Notes under the pieces: generated by a model
The model's input: the letters and a program-made list of their open reading frames with translations, nothing else
Told to the model about the DNA's origin: nothing
Databases searched by the model: none
Program-made: the position numbers and the translations under genes
Assembly: GCA_002429485.1 (NCBI GenBank)
Contig: DIZX01000011.1
Coordinates: 55,258-119,257 of the forward strand
From: Patescibacteria group bacterium UBA6017
GTDB taxonomy: Bacteria > Patescibacteriota > Saccharimonadia > UBA4664
DNA: 64,000 nucleotides
Reading direction: 5' to 3'
Part shown: positions 62,845 through 64,000 of the stretch, one piece after another
Layout of the letters: each line of letters opens with the position of its first letter
Numbering within the stretch: position 1 is the stretch's first letter

Positions 62845-62942
62845 GCGAAGTAAATAAATGCTAGTCGCAGCGAGCGCCAGACAACACAGCGCAAACAATA
62901 GGCATACGGGTTGAGTTCGTGAGCAAGGCTAGCGTTATTCGC
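62845..62942 (+). repeat. long inverted-repeat intergenic element (copy B, related to 7953-8062)
   Basis: AATGCTAGTC/GGCTAGCGTT helix; core CGCCAGACAACACAGCGC-N20-GAGTTCGT shared with copy A. Confidence 0.6.
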
Positions 62943-62966
62943 GCAGCACAAAATCTAGCTATCTAG

Positions 62967-63731
62967 CTATTTGGATTCGTTCGCCAAGAATTCCTTCACA
63001 CTCGTGACCGTATCCATAAACTGCGCCGGAAAGATGATCGTCGAGTTGTTCTCTGTGGCAATCTCACTCATCACCTGCAAATTTCGCAGTTGCAACGCAA
63101 TCGGATGAGCCGCAATGATGTCGGCCGCCTGCCCCAGCTTCTCCGCGCTTTCGTATTCACCCGAAGCCGCAATGATTTTCGCCCGCTTCTCGCGTTCGGC
63201 CTCAGCCTGCTTAGCCATAGCCCGCTGCATGGTGTCGGGCAGCTGGATATCCTTAAGCTCAACCCGTGTCAGCTCCACCCCCCACTGCTCCACCGTGTTC
63301 TCGAGCATCGTCATCACCTTCTTGTTGATCTGGTCGGTGGAAGACAGCACTTCATCGAGCGGATACTGACCCACAATGTTTCGCACTGTGGTTTGAGAAA
63401 TCTGATTAATCGCCATCATCACGTTATCGATCGCCACCAGCGACCTGGTCGGCTCAACTACGTGGTAGTAAGCCACCGCCGCCACGTCAATCGACACGTT
63501 ATCTTTTGTGATCACCTTCTGCGACGGAATCGGCATCGTTACGATGCGCATATTTACCTTGCGCATAACGTCCACTATCGGAATAATCACCCTTAAACCC
63601 GGCTCCTTTGGCGCTGGCGTCACCCGGCCAAACCGAAACACCACGCCGCGCTCATACTGCTGTACCACGCGCAAACCAAACACAACTACGATCACCGCTA
63701 TAGTAATCAGAAAGTACATCAAATCCATCAC
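62967..63731 (-). CDS. SPFH/stomatin (band 7) protein
   Basis: [40 protein letters not shown]. Confidence 0.95.
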   Translation of the reverse strand: MMDLMYFLITIAVIVVVFGLRVVQQYERGVVFRFGRVTPAPKEPGLRVIIPIVDVMRKVNMRIVTMPIPSQKVITKDNVSIDVAAVAYYHVVEPTRSLVAIDNVMMAINQISQTTVRNIVGQYPLDEVLSSTDQINKKVMTMLENTVEQWGVELTRVELKDIQLPDTMQRAMAKQAEAEREKRAKIIAASGEYESAEKLGQAADIIAAHPIALQLRNLQVMSEIATENNSTIIFPAQFMDTVTSVKEFLANESK

Positions 63732-63773
63732 TATCTCCAGTCGCTTATCTAGAAAATATTATGCGCTTTTTGG

Positions 63774-64000
63774 CTAAACAATGCCAAATCGTGACCGCAG
63801 TTCGGCCACAATGCCGTTCAACGGCAGGATCTCCTGAGCTCCCGAGGCCATATCGCGCAGTATCACCGTCTCTTCGCGCACCTCTTTTTGGCCGATAATA
63901 ATTGCCAGCGGCACCCCGAGCTTATCTGCCCGAGCCAACTGCGATCCGATGCCGTCGCGGTCGACTGCGCCCAGCGCCCCCACGCTGCCGTCGAGCAGCT
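63774..64000 (-). CDS. hisS: histidine--tRNA ligase C-terminal anticodon-binding domain (5' part beyond window)
   Basis: QLARADKLG..AIIIGQKE....VILRDM.SG.Q. Confidence 0.8.
   Translation of the reverse strand, partial: LLDGSVGALGAVDRDGIGSQLARADKLGVPLAIIIGQKEVREETVILRDMASGAQEILPLNGIVAELRSRFGIV

Noticed and set aside
1-64000. Alternative genetic code (TGA = Gly, as in Gracilibacteria/Absconditabacteria)
   Set aside because: Conserved genes such as prfA, parA, adk and yqeY end at TGA at their expected lengths.

Overview
Chromosomal window from a reduced-genome bacterium using the standard code (TGA = stop). Gene content and protein style point to Patescibacteria/CPR, probably Saccharibacteria-like; this is inferred, as there is no rRNA here. 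Both flanks are housekeeping: rpsB, rpmE, prfA, prmC, htrA, LCP, lepB, parAB on the left; rplU, rodA, ileS with a T-box, yggT, ftsZ, ftsA, map, adk, dgkA, yqeY, rpsU, HIT, a lytic transglycosylase, SPFH and hisS on the right. Between them is a ~39.5 kb island (10345-49779) of almost entirely secreted or membrane proteins. It holds two paralogous copies of one multi-component module. Across the two copies there are 7 secreted beta-rich subunits sharing a C-terminal Y-x4-T-x6-F/Y strand (WxL/SCPU-pilin-like), 4 membrane-anchored DUF916/PapD-like proteins, 2 PKD membrane proteins, 2 giant tail-fibre-like proteins (2114 and 2629 aa) with a shared N-terminal domain, 2 small partners directly downstream of the giants, and 2 divergently transcribed membrane-anchored short fibres. 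An 18-repeat Kelch protein and a Y1/RAYT-type transposase lie near the seam. My main hypothesis is a sortase-less, usher-less chaperone-assisted surface fibre/adhesion system. Also noted: a recurring AGCAYAAGC promoter-proximal motif, two copies of a structured intergenic element, an ultrashort-Stem-I ileS T-box, a standalone 53-aa gene and many leaderless starts. All family assignments come from visual motif recognition; no database searches were run.
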